A model generated the notes under the pieces. The model saw only the letters and a list, made by a program, of their open reading frames with translations, did no database searches and was not told where the DNA came from. A stretch of 64,000 nt of DNA, from the NCBI GenBank assembly GCA_051294905.1, contig CM119372.1, forward strand, positions 34,784,001 to 34,848,000. Direction: 5' to 3'. Source of the stretch: Botryllus schlosseri. Lineage: Eukaryota. The position numbers and the translations under genes are program-made. Shown one piece after another: positions 1-13,046 of this stretch. The stretch's first letter is position 1, and the number at the start of each line of letters is the position of its first letter.

Positions 1-500
1 AACTGAGTAAACATATCATTTTCCTTTGGAGATCTGACGTTTACCTAGACTAAGAAACCATTTTCACTTGGAAATATATTTTTCCCTCAGCAACAAACCA
101 TTTTCACTTGGAAATATATTTTTTCCCTCAGCAACAAACCATTTTCACTTGGCGGTCCGTCGTTTACCTGAGTAAAAACATCACTTGCCTTTAGAGATCT
201 ATCGTTTACCCAGAGTAACAATACAATTTGACTTTGGGTTCAATCCTTTCCTAGAGTAACAAAACCCTTTTCGTTTGCAAATCTATTTTTTTTCCTACAG
301 CAACAAACCATTTTCACTTGGAAAAATACTTTTACCTAGAGTAACTAATTATTTTCTTTTGGAAATATATTTTCTCCCTGGGTAACAAACCTTTTTCGTT
401 TGGAAAACTATCATTTACCTGAGTACCAATACCGTTTTCACTTGGAAATCTATCTTTTCCCTGGGTAACAATACCATTTTCGTTTTGAAAACTGAAAACC
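1..500. repeat. Degenerate ~39-40 bp tandem repeat (ttttcacttggaaatatattttttccctcagcaacaaacca-like); mirror at ~24171..24720
   Basis: Repeated accattttcacttggaaa/tttacc motifs about every 39-40 bp; the array continues to ~24720 on the right. Confidence 0.85.
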
Positions 501-1559
501 ACACCCGATATTTTGATATTTTTGTATATTGTTACAACGGACAGTGACAAAATACACACCAACAACGACTCCGATACATTTGTGTAATCGCATATTCACT
601 TGTGCTGGTGCATCCCATCAAAATCATCGGTTACCCACATGCAATGTGCTCTTGTATATCGAAATGCATGTTTTGGAAATTGGACAATAGGTTTCGACAT
701 GTCCGCGATGTCCGGGTTCGTGCTTTGGATTTTCCAGAGTCAAAATGTCTGAATAAAACACCTCCTCGACGATGGTTGGTACGTGGATAATGGTGTTCGG
801 AAAACGGTTGGATTTATGTCACCCATCGCGATAACAATTCCAGGTCGAGTTTTCCCCCGCATGTTTACTATATTGTGTCTTTATTGGTCAATGTATGTCT
901 CAACAATGTCGACATGACAGTACGGGCCCTATTATCCAGTCCATATACAATTCAGACTGTCATTGAATTCGTATTGGCTACCCGATTAATCTAATTATTT
1001 GCGGATATATTATTTTCGACGTGGTCTGGTGCACAAGACCTTAGTAGTTAAGCACCATTAACCCCACATACAACAACAACAATATATGATCCGCACTGCT
1101 GCAAAATAAGTTTAACTTATATAGCACTTCATATTAAACTACAGTCGACCTTGTTATTCATAATTGCTAGTGGTTACTATGAAATCACAGCAGGCATGGT
1201 GAGTTGAGTGAAACGAGATATTTACAATCTCGCAAAAATATATGTTCACCTACATTCAAATTTTCGTTTGAAAATATTTCAATGCTAGTTATAACTAGGC
1301 TATATAAAAACGTCAATTAGAATTACCCCCCAAATATTGGTAAATTACCCCTTTGGGGGTAATTACCCCAGGTTAAGAACCGCTGGATTAGAGCATACGT
1401 TGCCATAGTAGAAGTAGTAGTAGATTAATAGCAACGTATCTGTGTTTCTTAGTCGGCTAGCAAACATTGCGCAGTGCTCACCTTTACCAACCCTCATAAA
1501 TAATTTAAATCGAATTATTATCGTTTATGCGTTCATGTTCTCACGGATTGGTAGTGTAT

Positions 1560-2029
1560 GGTACCATATAAATTTGCTTAAATTTCTCAAGGCTTCGTAT
1601 TCGCTCCTCTATTTTAGCTGATAATAACAGACTGTGGCATGTAACTATATACAGTTTCTCACTTATTTCATTGGCAGTTCTAGGTGTTTCTGTGCGATAC
1701 AACGCCTTTTTGCATGCATATTTACCTTTATATTCGTGATTTGGTTAAAAATAAATGGCTAATTATTCTGTCATTCACGCAGCTGACAAAATGTTATGAC
1801 TTTGAAGCATCACTCATACTTCGAAAATTCAATTTGACTTGAATTGCGACTTGACTCGTGACTTGACTTGACTTGACTCGACTTGACTCGAGTCACCTCC
1901 AAAAATCGAGTGACTTGACTTGACTCGAGTCACCTTCGAAAATCGATTGACTTGACTTGACTCGAGTCAAAATCTGCAATGACTCGAGATGACTCGTGAC
2001 TCGAAGGTAGTGACTTGATCCCAACACTG
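1560..2029 (+). mobile_element. 3' part of GACTC/GAGTC-rich hAT-like MITE (mirror 22642..~23110)
   Basis: gacttgactcgagtc arrays and terminal gatcccaacactg, close to the end of the full copy at 44346..45309; left boundary approximate. Confidence 0.8.
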
Positions 2030-3607
2030 CCTTGAAGTTCAACTAGTTTGATCACACCCGAGTCAAACAGATACACTTGTCTCATAATGTCATTGACCAA
2101 TATCCACCTCACCTCTAGGCGTCCAGTTGAAAAGAAAACTGGGTCACAAGGTAATTATTCGCACATCAGGCGAAATAAAACAGTTCCGAACCGTTGTGTA
2201 TAAGGTACATAGTGCTCAAAGAACATAATGTAAATATGTATGGTCGCACTGGTGCATTATTTCTGAATCAATGGTCCAGCATTACAACATCGTTGCGTGT
2301 ATTCAGTTCATCAAATGTACTTTTTCGATGTATGTCCAAGCGGTAAAACAAATTATTCACCTTTTCCACTTTATTCAGTGTGGTAAATTTGGTTCAGTGT
2401 GGCGAGTCGACAACTTTAATATACTGAGAATCGTATTTGTGGAAACCCGCTTAACGATATGATAATGTGATTGCAATAAACACCGATCTATCGCATTTCT
2501 TGTCATCAAACTTTACCATGCGAGCTCGTAGAAGCAAAATGAAGAATGCAGAAGCACCACTCTGCTTAGAAACAAACGTTGTGTATCCTGAATGTTGAGA
2601 CTATCGCATATATCGAAACTGATAATGGTAAACGTTACAGTAACGTCGCTATTACAAGAGACTAATATGCCGACGGCACAAATGTCTGGCTTAAGGGAAG
2701 AGAAGTTTAATTTTACACTCTTCAAATAACATGTCATATCATCACAACTCGGTTGCTCATATAAATTACAGGTTATTTTTAACGCCGCGTCACAATATCC
2801 ATGGTACGTGGATGGCAGGTATATCTCATTGCGATACATTATGGGAAGTAATAAAGATCCTATGTGCGTTAGGGTTATGACTGGATAAAAAAATTTAAAA
2901 TTTTGTTTGTCCTGTAGTCACAAATAATGAACTTTTGTGTCCTCATATCAAAATTCACAAGACTGTTTAAACAAAAAACTCCCGCACAAAAAGTTTCCAG
3001 TTTACACTGTATGAAGGATAGGCTTTATTTTGTAGATACAGACTATATAATATGTATAGCGACTGATTCGAATTGAACTGACACAATTCCAACTGCGAAG
3101 ATTTAAAATAGTATTTAGGTAAATTGTGATTGCCCAGAATAAATTAATGCTATCGTGTTCTTGTTTACAGTTAAAATTGAATAATTAATGAATCGTTATC
3201 AATTTCGATTTTAGATGTAGACTGCATATATCGTATAATTCCAATTCGTCTGACACAAATCAAACTGGGTGTTTAAAAAGGCGAAAGTAGATAAACTCAA
3301 AATATTTTCGGCGGTCTAGGAAACCGATTAGAGGAATAGGATGCATAGGAAAATTTAAAAATGTCATATCATATGTGCCACAGCATCTGTTGATACTGGA
3401 CGGCGGAATGGCGAATTTGTGAAACTGCAAAATGCAATGTTGAGCAAGGGTTTTCATAAACCAAAATATATTGGTTGCAAACATTCTATTATCGTTTCTT
3501 AAAGCATATATCAGAGTTCTTCAATCCAACGTCTTCAACAAATCCATCTCTTCTTGGAGGTACAGAACTTCACTATACAGTTGAATAGTATCTTCATATT
3601 GAAATGA

Positions 3608-3641
3608 ACCCGAATATTTTCGGCTGACACTCGTCAGGGGT
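3608..3641 (-). ncRNA. Putative minimal type I hammerhead ribozyme in PLE pseudo-LTR
   Basis: Minus strand reads ACCC-CTGACGA-GTGTCAGCC-GAAA-ATAT-TC-GGGT: core CUGANGA/GAAA, stem I ACCC/GGGT, palindromic short stem III, UUC triplet; stem II is weak. Confidence 0.6.
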
Positions 3642-4455
3642 AATCGTCAGTAAATAGTAGAGAATTCAAAAGAACTCTCTCGTATTCGACATTTCATGCT
3701 GGTGACGTCATATTTTGTGCTACGATTATTGATATACGATGTTCTTCTGAATTCTCTACTAGTTGCTGACGATTACCCCTGACCAGTGTCAGCCGAAAAT
3801 ATTCGGGTTCATTTCAATATGAAGATACTATTCAACTACAAATTTCGAGATGATGTGGTAAACACTACGAAAACTTGATACGATTCACCAAGCCAGAATT
3901 CAGATGAAAATATGAGAAAACCGAGTATGGAGGGACGATTTTATGTTTATCTATCAGCTGTGCAGAGCAAGCCGCTCTTTCGAAGAAAATGATAGATTAC
4001 CACTAATCAAATGGCATAAACTTCCATTACGCAATGCGAGATTGAGCTCAGGGGCCATGATGGCATACTTCCAAATCCCCAAATGGAGAGTAACTCTTGA
4101 GATATCATGCTTATTCATCGCAAATGCGTGTCAAGAAGCCCGGTATTCTAACCAGACGTCTAAAGATGGAATATACTGGAGCCCGACCGATTATCGGTTC
4201 ACCGATGATATCGAGACGATAGCACACTTTGAAAGAATTAACGGTATCTTTGTAAGAATTAACGGTATCTGTGATTGTGGCTACGTGGGAAGAACGTCAA
4301 AGCGTCCGCAGGAACGCATAAACCAGCATGTCCCCAGATTTATCAGAACACATGTGTCACGCTCGGTGAAAAGCTCACCCTCAACTCATCCGCTTAAACT
4401 TGATGCTGGCCGATCAAAGGCCATTAATTCTGCCATCGGCAAACATCTGTTAGTT

Positions 4456-5855
4456 CAGGGGTTCTCAGCCCTTTCTTGGCCGTGGCCCATTTTCCAGTTT
4501 GAAAATGTGTTGTGGGCTGTGGCCCACCTCTTATCTTAGAGTCATAACCCTGTTCACTGCGTGGTAGTCCACGGCGCCGATATGCCTATTTATTTGAAAT
4601 ATGCGCATTTTCTCTTAATTTACTGATGTGATGAGAGAGAGAGAGAGAGATTTTTATTTCTTTGTCAACCGGAATAAACAGAATACCAGAATACTCATAA
4701 CAAAACAAAAAACATACAGTAATAACAGCAACACATACACAGTAATAATAGTGTGTAACTGGCTCTATAACGGTATAGACGGGTGCCGGCGATATGATCC
4801 TTACGATGATATTTGAATCTAGACCTCTAGGGACATGAAATCGCGCTAAGCGCGACGAAAATTTTCAAGTTGAATAAATATCCCCCTAGAAACGACCAAC
4901 GACATAATCTTGGGCCCCTCCCCTTCGAGCTCCGCCAATTGAGGGCTTGGGTGCGGCAGACACGGCCCCGGTAGATCATAGGCTAAAACTCATGTGTATA
5001 TTATGACCGTCCGCTGCTCCATTAGCGTCGCGAAACATAATTATCAAACCCACGCATCCACTGTGTGATTAGGGTTTTAGTTCCACTATTGTGGGGAATA
5101 ATATAATCATTCTGGGCCAGTTTCAAACATTCATTAATGAATGGGGTGCTAGTACCACAGAGAAGTGGAAAAATAGTTTTGTAATATGCATGCTGTACAT
5201 TGTATGTCTTGTACCAAACCAACTGAAATTGCGATGTCAGAATATTCAATCCAATGATACAATCAATTCATGTGACTCTTACATCATGTTCAATGATTCC
5301 AGGCCGTACATTTTAAACCGACTCCAAAGATTATTGCGCTCCGCTAAATCCTCAATCCCTTGCGATTCGCTGCGGTGGTGCAGTATGCCTTCACCAGAAG
5401 TTGCTAATAATTTTCAATACTGGCTACAATAATATGACCTGCCGAAGTACAGTAAATCTATACATCAATTACACTTCATTCCGAGTTCATTGCACACCCC
5501 TTTCAACGGCATACGACATATGACCCTGCCGGAATACTTAGTTACTTCAGCATTACCTTCCGGTTATCATATACTCGAAAATACTTTAGTTGCTGTTAGC
5601 CGTAGGTTGTCATGGCCAGTGGAAAAATCCGCCGTTTGTCCCCCCGTTTTCGACTTGTACATGCTGACTCCATACGTGCCACTATACGTCTGGGCAAAGT
5701 CGGATGAAAAGTTTATGAATATATTTCTAGCGTTTAACATAACAAATATCACTAAACTTACACTAATTCTAAAATTTACTAAATAGCTTTGTGGCCCACC
5801 TCAAAATGCTCTAAGGCCCACCAGTGGGCCATGGCCCACCCTTTGAGAACCCCTG
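4456..5855. mobile_element. hAT-type non-autonomous element (mirror 18816..20215)
   Basis: TIR caggggttctca...tgagaacccctg with perfect 8-bp TSD tgttagtt, interrupting the GIY-YIG frame. Confidence 0.92.
4630..4950 (-). mobile_element. Possible LINE (L2/CR1-like) 3' fragment nested in the MITE
   Basis: Minus strand RSSKGRGPRL resembles the LINE ORF2 C-terminal GPRLWN motif, followed by aataaa and a (TC)n tail; very degenerate. Confidence 0.3.
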
Positions 5856-6685
5856 TGTTAGTTACTCCGATTTGTGCGAATAATTATCGAGACGACAGAT
5901 TTCGCGTCGTTGGGAGGGGCCGCTCACGTGCCTTGGAGTCGACTTTTATCAAATACACCAACCAAAACTCTGTCAACAAAAGGAGTTCGTGTATAACCTT
6001 AAAATAGTACATTGAACGATGTCTCATTCGAAATTTCATGCTGGTGACGTCATATTATGTGATACGATTGTTGATATACAATGTTCTTTCCAATTCTCTA
6101 CTAGTTGCTGACGATTACCCCTGACGAGTGTCAGCCAAAAATATTCGGGTTCATTTCAATATGAATATACTATTAAATTGAATACCTTTCAATTGTAATT
6201 TTTTTCTATATTTGGACCAGTGTCAAAATTGAAGTCAGTTTGTGCGGGACATTTTTTTTGATTTGAACAAAATGATTACAATTTTAATAATTTATATCAA
6301 AATGTTCACTAACTCCTGCTACCTGCTAACCCTAATGTGCATACGTGTATACCTTCCTACGTCCTAATTATTACATTGAAATGTTGTGTTTGATTTACAT
6401 CGTGGTGTAAGTCTCAGGTAGGCTCCGGTTTCATGCATCACGGGTGCATATTCACACCCAAATATCACGGGTGGTAAACGGATGTTAATACACACCCTTC
6501 TCGCCAAGAGTGTACGGGCCCCTATAGATATTTCACCATTCGTTACACAGGATTAGAACCAGAAAGAAGTCACCTATTATATATCACGTTGGCACAGGCG
6601 TAGCTAAAACAAAAAGAGGTATCGCAAGGGCGACAAATTGCCAGCGATAAAATTGTGCAATCGTAGTGTCCTAAATGGTGAGGAC

Positions 6686-7247
6686 TAGGGTTGCATTTGA
6701 AATAAAAATCAATTTAAAACGAACATGTTTAAAACAGGACCCTTGTTTAAAACATTTTTTTTATTCCTTTTGTAGCCATGACGTCACGAATATCTAATTG
6801 TGATGTCACAGTGAATTGTCATTTACTATTGAAAATATAGCGTAAATATGGCTCCTTCGGCGAAAAGGGCTTCCGATCACTGTCACAAACAGACTAAAAT
6901 ATCTTTAACCAGGACTAAATCGTTATGCTGCATTTTTACGGTCGGCGGTCATCATCATCGGAACACCCATTCCGTACCAATGGTCTATATTTACGTGCAA
7001 AAACTGTTGAACCGACGAAGCTTTCGAGGGCTCCAGCCACCCCACATCGTATACGTCGACTATTTTGGGTGCAAATCGTCCGTAAGCTCATACTACATGG
7101 ACGTATTTACACAGTTATGGCATAATTAGACAACGTTAGAAAAAAAAGCATTATTTTTTTTTCAAAAAGGCATTTGTTTGAAACACTGTTTAAAACATGA
7201 TTTGAACAAAGTGTTTTAAAACACCGTTTGTTTTAAATGCAAACCTA
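6686..7247. mobile_element. hAT-type MITE, TIR tagggttgcattt (mirror 17424..17985; relative at ~55126..55567)
   Basis: TIRs tagggttgcattt/aaatgcaaaccta, TSD gtgaggac/gtgtggac. Confidence 0.85.
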
Positions 7248-7736
7248 GTGTGGACACTGCGAGATCACTGCGTTTGGGTTACGTCATGCTTTCCATTTGA
7301 CCAAAGGCAATTTGACGGCAATTTTTGACCGGCTTGCTGACGCTAAATTTGCTAAAACGGGTATCAATCGAAAGCTGTCGCTGTACTGATTACGAAAATA
7401 TAAATATACTGCTCATGGCCCTGCAACCCCCCAAAATTCGTCTAGTATTTTACATTGCTACGAGGTTTGACATTGTGACGCTACAATGCCGTCTGGAGTT
7501 ACTATGGTGCAGCTCAGGAGCAAGTGAGCGGCAAGGAGTGAGAGTGGGAGTCAAGTCATGACTCGAGTCGTGCCAACACTGGCACGCAATAATTGCAGAC
7601 GCAGTCAAGCCCCCTATTATATATCCTATATAAACGTGTTTGGAGGTAGCAAATAAACTGTATCTCTCCATCTCATGAGCATTTCTGACAATCATCAATT
7701 GGACATGCATTGTTAAGACGTCACCAGGTAACGATT

Positions 7737-7783
7737 ATGCTCGCCAAGGACGATTTTGGCAGAACGAGTCTACGTAATGTTTC
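7737..7783 (+). CDS. Candidate first coding exon of class-A GPCR copy 1 (MLAKDDFGRTSLRNV-S)
   Basis: ATG, open frame, donor gtaagt at 7784; phase 2 matches the next exon and forms an N-V-S sequon. The true start is uncertain. Confidence 0.45.
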
Positions 7784-8097
7784 GTAAGTCCGCTGTTATT
7801 TGTCCGGTAACATTTCCTTGAATTTCCTCTGGTTTGTTTTGAAGGCTAGATGTATATTGGAGGTACTTTAATTACAGATACCATTACAAAATCATCGATA
7901 TGGATTCACACCAGTTCCATAACTTCATATCCTCGGCTCCTGTCCTTAAATGAGGCAATGAGATAATCGGAGGGCTTTCACTGGCTTATTTCCTAACAGT
8001 AAAGATGATAAATTTGATGGGAAAGCTTTTTAGGCAAACATATTACCACAGGCATATTATATTAAGCTGTGATTGTTTACAAATTAATCGATTTTAG

Positions 8098-8220
8098 AGG
8101 TGCATTCTCAGACTGGGAAGCAATATTATTCGTCGTGGTAACGGCTATTCTAGCTGCATTCGGAATCGTTGCCAGTACCATCACGATTCTTGTTATCAAC
8201 AGCAATGATACCTTAAAATC
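8098..8220 (+). CDS. Class-A (rhodopsin-like) GPCR TM1 exon, copy in left arm
   Basis: ttttag|...|gtgagt, 123 bp, phase 2-2, GAFSDWEAILFVVVTAILAAFGIVASTITILVINSNDTLK; same length and phase as, and clearly similar to, exon 41027..41149. Confidence 0.8.
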
Positions 8221-8630
8221 GTGAGTACATTTCAAATACAATTTTACATATCTTTGCAGAATTAACCGTCGCGAAATTATGTAGTAAATTTTTTTTTCAT
8301 GTAGTTTTAATGCAGTTTTTGAATGGATTCTTAACATGATCACGAGACCCCCGAAAAGTCTTGATTAGTCTTTCGAATTCGTAGTCAATCTTGGTGCCGA
8401 ATTTCATTCCAGAGACCTTGGTAGGATAGCCATACATTAAAGGGGCCCAACGCTCTGAACATAATGTGGCCACAAATTAAACTTGTCAGTGGTAAAAACA
8501 TTTTGGAACAAGCCATTTTCCTTGGAAAGCCACCGGATTCGAATTGCAGCTAAAAGACAAAGTAGCATTCCAGCTTTCCAGTCCATCCCAACCCATCGAT
8601 CTCTGTGATGCCGACGTAACGCGTCATCAA

Positions 8631-9507
8631 TAGGGCAAGTTTTTGTTGCTCTAAAATCGCGAGAAAGTTGCATTTAATTTTAACAAATGTTGCATTAAAA
8701 CGTTACATTTATAATTTTCGTTGAATTATTAGGGTATGAGATGCTCGAACGGTTCCGTTGTATAACCTAGTTCCGGCAGAGCTGTAAAATTTGTTTCTTT
8801 ATTGCCATTTAACGCATGGTCTGGCGAAACCGCCAAAAATTAAATTTTGTTCGGCACATAGCAAGAAAATTACGTAATGCGGGAATAATACCCTCCCAAA
8901 AAGTCAAAAAGCATAGCTATAACCCCTCCCCTAAAACAAGTCAAATAACACACCCCAAACCCCCTAGGTCTGCAAACTTGACCCAAGGCATGACAGGAAA
9001 ACTCACACTCGGTGACTTCAACAAAAGCAATGGCCTTAAAAAGGTGACTCAGTGACAATGTAATTTTCGACGGTCTCGCCTGGGCGCACGTGAAATGGAA
9101 AATTAGTTCAAATTTAAACGACAGAATTACTAAAGCGAACTATTTACATATTGTTCGGGCACGGTCGTTGGCGGGGGTAGTTGAACTTCTTGGTTGCAAG
9201 TCATTGTGTCATAGATAACAGTGAGATGCAACTAACCCATCATATAGCTTTGCTTTGCAAATCAAAGAGAATAGAATCATACTAGAAATACTATATAGCA
9301 TGCTTTTAAATCACTCCTTTACATTTTAACTCAATATTTGATGCAGGTTGCAGTAAAAATTGGCATGAAAAATCGAGAAAAGTTGCAAAAAGTTGCGATT
9401 TAAAATCCCTCCAAACAGCTTAAAACATCATAGTACATAGATTCTGAGTATCTAGGAAGCTGTCGGAAGCTGTAAAAAAATAGCAAAAGTAGCAAAAACT
9501 TGCCCTA
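8631..9507. mobile_element. hAT-type MITE, TIR tagggcaagttttt (mirror 15164..16040; diverged copy 58063..58933)
   Basis: TIR tagggcaagtttttg/caaaaacttgcccta, TSD gtcatcaa/gtcatcag. Confidence 0.9.
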
Positions 9508-10182
9508 GTCATCAGTTCCTAATCATTTGCGAAATTACTGACACGCATTGTTTCACTGTTGCACTTTCCCGGCTTGATCAACGCGAATAAAAATGAATTT
9601 TAAATAGCTGTTGGCCGATAGTATGAAGGAACTGCGTCTTACGATACCATGACGGTTTAGTGTAAGTAACAATCACCGCCGGAAAGAGTTGATATCGGTA
9701 CCAATAACTTCCACAAAGATACCTGACGCAACATAGTTCGTTGAGCTACAATACCGTAAAGGCGTACGCCTACTTACTGCAGGGGTCACGAACTCAAAAC
9801 GGGTCGCGAGCGTCTTTTTCAACTTTATTAGAAGCCGCGGGCCGCATTATTTCAATATCGAGATAAAATGGGCCTCACACGTTTTTAAAACTTTACGTCA
9901 GTACAACACCGTGCTCTTTAACATGGGCGACGGGCATATAGTTACCACAAAATAAATAATATTTTATTGAAGAAATGCAAATACAAGAAAAATATAATTA
10001 TCATCACTTTTATTGTATTTTGAACTACTAGCTGCGCATGATACTTGACAACACTTTTCAGCGAGTAATGGAGTGAGCTAGAGCCACGGTATTCGCTGGA
10101 AAACTATCTCCTCGGAAAGGTTCTTCCTGTGGGGTAGCCCCAGTTCGTTTTCGAAGCGCCTCGGTCTCTGCATTGTCTAGGC

Positions 10183-11508
10183 CAGTGGTTGGGAACCTAT
10201 GGCTCGCGAGCCATACATGGCTCTTTTGGGCATGAGATATGGCTCTTTGCGAGATTTTTATTTTTGTGCTTCATTTATCAATATTGCAGTAACTATTGTA
10301 ATTAAATCTTCAGCACAACTAATATAAATATGCTCGTGGCAGTTTGAAGTTTCTTTGAGAGGTTAATACAGTGGAGTATTAGGGGTTTGGGGTTGGGCGC
10401 CCTTTTCAAAATCGTTACATTTAAGTTGCTGTCGCGGCGGCGACCAATATCACTCCCAAATTCGATGTACCCGCCACGAAATCTTGGATTGCGCGATACG
10501 TCGATTGATCAACGAGAATAGCAGACATGACGGCGCCTGTATCGCAATGCAGTTTTCAAATACACATTGTCTTCCTGATCTACGGCGAGAATGAACTGCC
10601 GTGGAAGTGACATTCACAATTACAAATTCAAATTACAAACAACGCCATAGCTATTCACGTTTCTGATTGATAACGTATAGTTTTGTAGCCGCTTTTAGCA
10701 AGTAGGCGTGTGGCGCATCGTCGCGTTACGGCTGACTACTTTGAGAATTGAGAAGTCGATTCGGAATCAGTGCCACAAATACATTACATTATTATCAGTT
10801 ATCATAAATTCTTTGATATTTACGATCAATTGCGCTATCACGGGTATGGCATCGTGCGGCCGTGCCTCACCTATGCCTCACTTCTCCTTTCACGCTTTAT
10901 TTTCGAGCAATAAATAGGCTATTTGCGTGTTTTTGGTGGTAAAAATGTTCAAAATCTAGTAGACAGGTGAGGCAGCGCCTCACCTGTCTCCCCTGAAACC
11001 ACGTCATACACTGACGCATCACACATTACAGTGGTTATGTATCCTGCTGTATAGTGACCGTGTTTGGCTCCAGCTACGTATGTCATCATGGGTCCTCGCA
11101 TTGGAGAATAACATCAAGACTAACCTACGATCTCGTATAACTGACTAAAGTCTCAAATTTTGTATGAAGCTTAACCTCAACCAGACTACAAAGCCGTCAG
11201 GAATACCATGCAACACCAAAAGACGCATTAACTGTAAAAAGCGTGTAAAAGTAGATTCATACTTTTACTGTTGTCTACGTATGTTGGAAATTTACAAATT
11301 AATTGTCTTAAGCTTCGAAAAATATCATATGCCTCTCAGTGCAATACAATTAAAAATGTATAACTAGCAAAGGATATATATGTAACCGAAGTTTTGCATA
11401 CTCATTACTCAAATAAGGCAACCAATAAGATTAGTACGAGTTTGACAGAGAAAAACGGTGCAAACGACGATTTCCATGCAAAGATTTCGAATTTGCACTA
11501 CCATGACG
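10183..11508. mobile_element. Truncated mirror of hAT MITE 13047..14488 (second TIR missing)
   Basis: Starts cagtggttgggaacc at 10183 and is cut at the arm end. Confidence 0.85.
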
Positions 11509-11517
11509 ACTATATAC

Positions 11518-12837
11518 CAGTGATGGGATGACTCTAGTCAACTTTTACTGATGACTAGGGTGATTTTTTTGATATGCCAAAATATGTCAAAATTTTGTCA
11601 AAAATTTTAGCGTTAGGTCAAAAAATTGTCAAAATTGTTTACGAAGTCAAAAGTTTTTGTTGCCACTTGCATTTCGTTTGTATCGTGTATGTTTTCACTG
11701 TCGGCGAACTTATCATTTGACATTTTACAGCTTTTAGCCTACTTTATAGCCCGACCGTTGTAGACGGCTTATTGTGAATCATAAACGGCCAAATGAAACA
11801 AATAGGTTGACATGGTGTTATGCTGATTCTATCGCAATATCCGGACTCAAGCAAGGCTGCGTGGGCATTGGTTCTTATATCAAGAAGCGCATGATGAAAT
11901 ATTGTGATGTAGAAAACATTGTCAGAATGAAGCAGCACGGTGTGTCACCAGCAGTGTACGCACAACTTCAGTGTTGCCGGCCAACAACTGCTGCTGTTGA
12001 ACGTTCTTTCTCCATTTTTGGCAAGCTACTTATCGTAAGGACAGACAATTTCTGCAAGAGAATGTGGGAAAGTATCTTTCGCTACACTACAACAAATGTT
12101 CATTATTTCAACCATAATGAGTAATGTAACTAATGGAATTCTTCATAGGTCCAGCTTTCGATAAAATAAATTTTTTCGATAGTTTTTAAGTCAAACAAGT
12201 GTTTTTCAGGCCAAACTACTTCGTAAGGGCAGACAGTTCCAACCAGAAATGGAGATAAGTAGTACAATTTCAATATTATGTCATGAAATATACAGGAAGT
12301 CAAAATTTGGTCAGAATTAAGTTTTTTGAGGTAAAAAAATGTCAAAATTTTAATTTTTCAGGTCAAAAGCTTCCCTTTTTTAGATAAAACTAAATCGCCC
12401 TATCGATGACTTAATCTGACTCGAGGCACTTTGCAAAACTGACTTGATTTGACTCGGCGTCTCCATACTGTTTCCGAGTCAATTTCAGGTCAAGTACTCA
12501 TGTCGACCAAGTCGCTGTACCTATGCGTACATGTTTCCGACACGCTGATATGATGCCCCATTGAAGGTGAAATTAACTGAATATTCGTTACTCGATTTGT
12601 AATTAATAGTAAATCAATCTGTACTTCAATCATCTTGCAAAATGTATCGGCTTGAATCACGCCTCGAACTTCGAAAATTCGACATGTCTTTGTGACTTAA
12701 CACGTCACATGAATCGACCTGACTTGACTTGACTCTAGTCACCTTCAACCATCGAGTGACTCGACTTGAGTCCAGTGAAATGTACAATGACTCTAATTGA
12801 CATGTGACTCGAAGGTAGTGAGTTGATCCCAACACTG
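11518..12837 (+). mobile_element. GACTC-rich hAT-like MITE in the palindrome spacer
   Basis: TIR cagtgatgggat/atcccaacactg, TSD ctatatac/ctgtatac; same family as 44346..45309. Confidence 0.85.
11556..12402 (+). mobile_element. Nested hAT-like deletion derivative with transposase C-terminal remnant
   Basis: TIR tagggtgattt/aaatcgcccta. ORF 11774..12124 contains QLQCCRPTTAAVERSFSIFGKLL, like the PxTSxxxERxFS motif of the hAT dimerisation domain. Second copy at 52331..53153. Confidence 0.8.
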
Positions 12838-13046
12838 CTGTATACTCTTTGTAATTTAAAAATGCTGAAATAATTTCAGTTAAACAATATTGTTGTTGTT
12901 GTTGTTCAAAATAAGCTATTCTCCTGTGCCCAACATCACGATTCCTCACTAGCTGATAAAAGCTTCAATAGAGCATTCAATGGAGGAAGAATGTACTAAT
13001 ATTGACTGGGCATGGGCATATTGCGTTCATGTACAATGGCCTAGAT

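Larger units (their letters stand above)
3579..6180 (+). mobile_element. Penelope-like retroelement remnant: inverted plus direct pseudo-LTRs and GIY-YIG endonuclease C-terminus, split by a MITE
   Basis: After removing MITE 4456..5855 the frame reads CDCGYVGRTSKRPQERINQHVP...SAIGKHLLVTPICANNYRDDRFRVVGRGRSRALESTFIKYT, then LCQQKEFVYNLK in a shifted frame, typical of the PLE GIY-YIG tail. 3579..3837 is an inverted repeat whose right half recurs directly at ~6030..6180. Confidence 0.85.
1..11508 (+). repeat. Left arm of giant inverted repeat (continues past window start)
   Basis: Every ORF in 332..11367 has an identical mirror ORF with coordinates summing to 24671. Position 1 aactgagtaa is the reverse complement of 24661..24670. 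Identity ends at ccatgacg 11501..11508. Confidence 0.98.

Noticed and set aside
3943..4539. 198-aa ORF as a functional gene
   Set aside because: Chimera of degenerate sequence, a PLE GIY-YIG fragment and MITE read-through.
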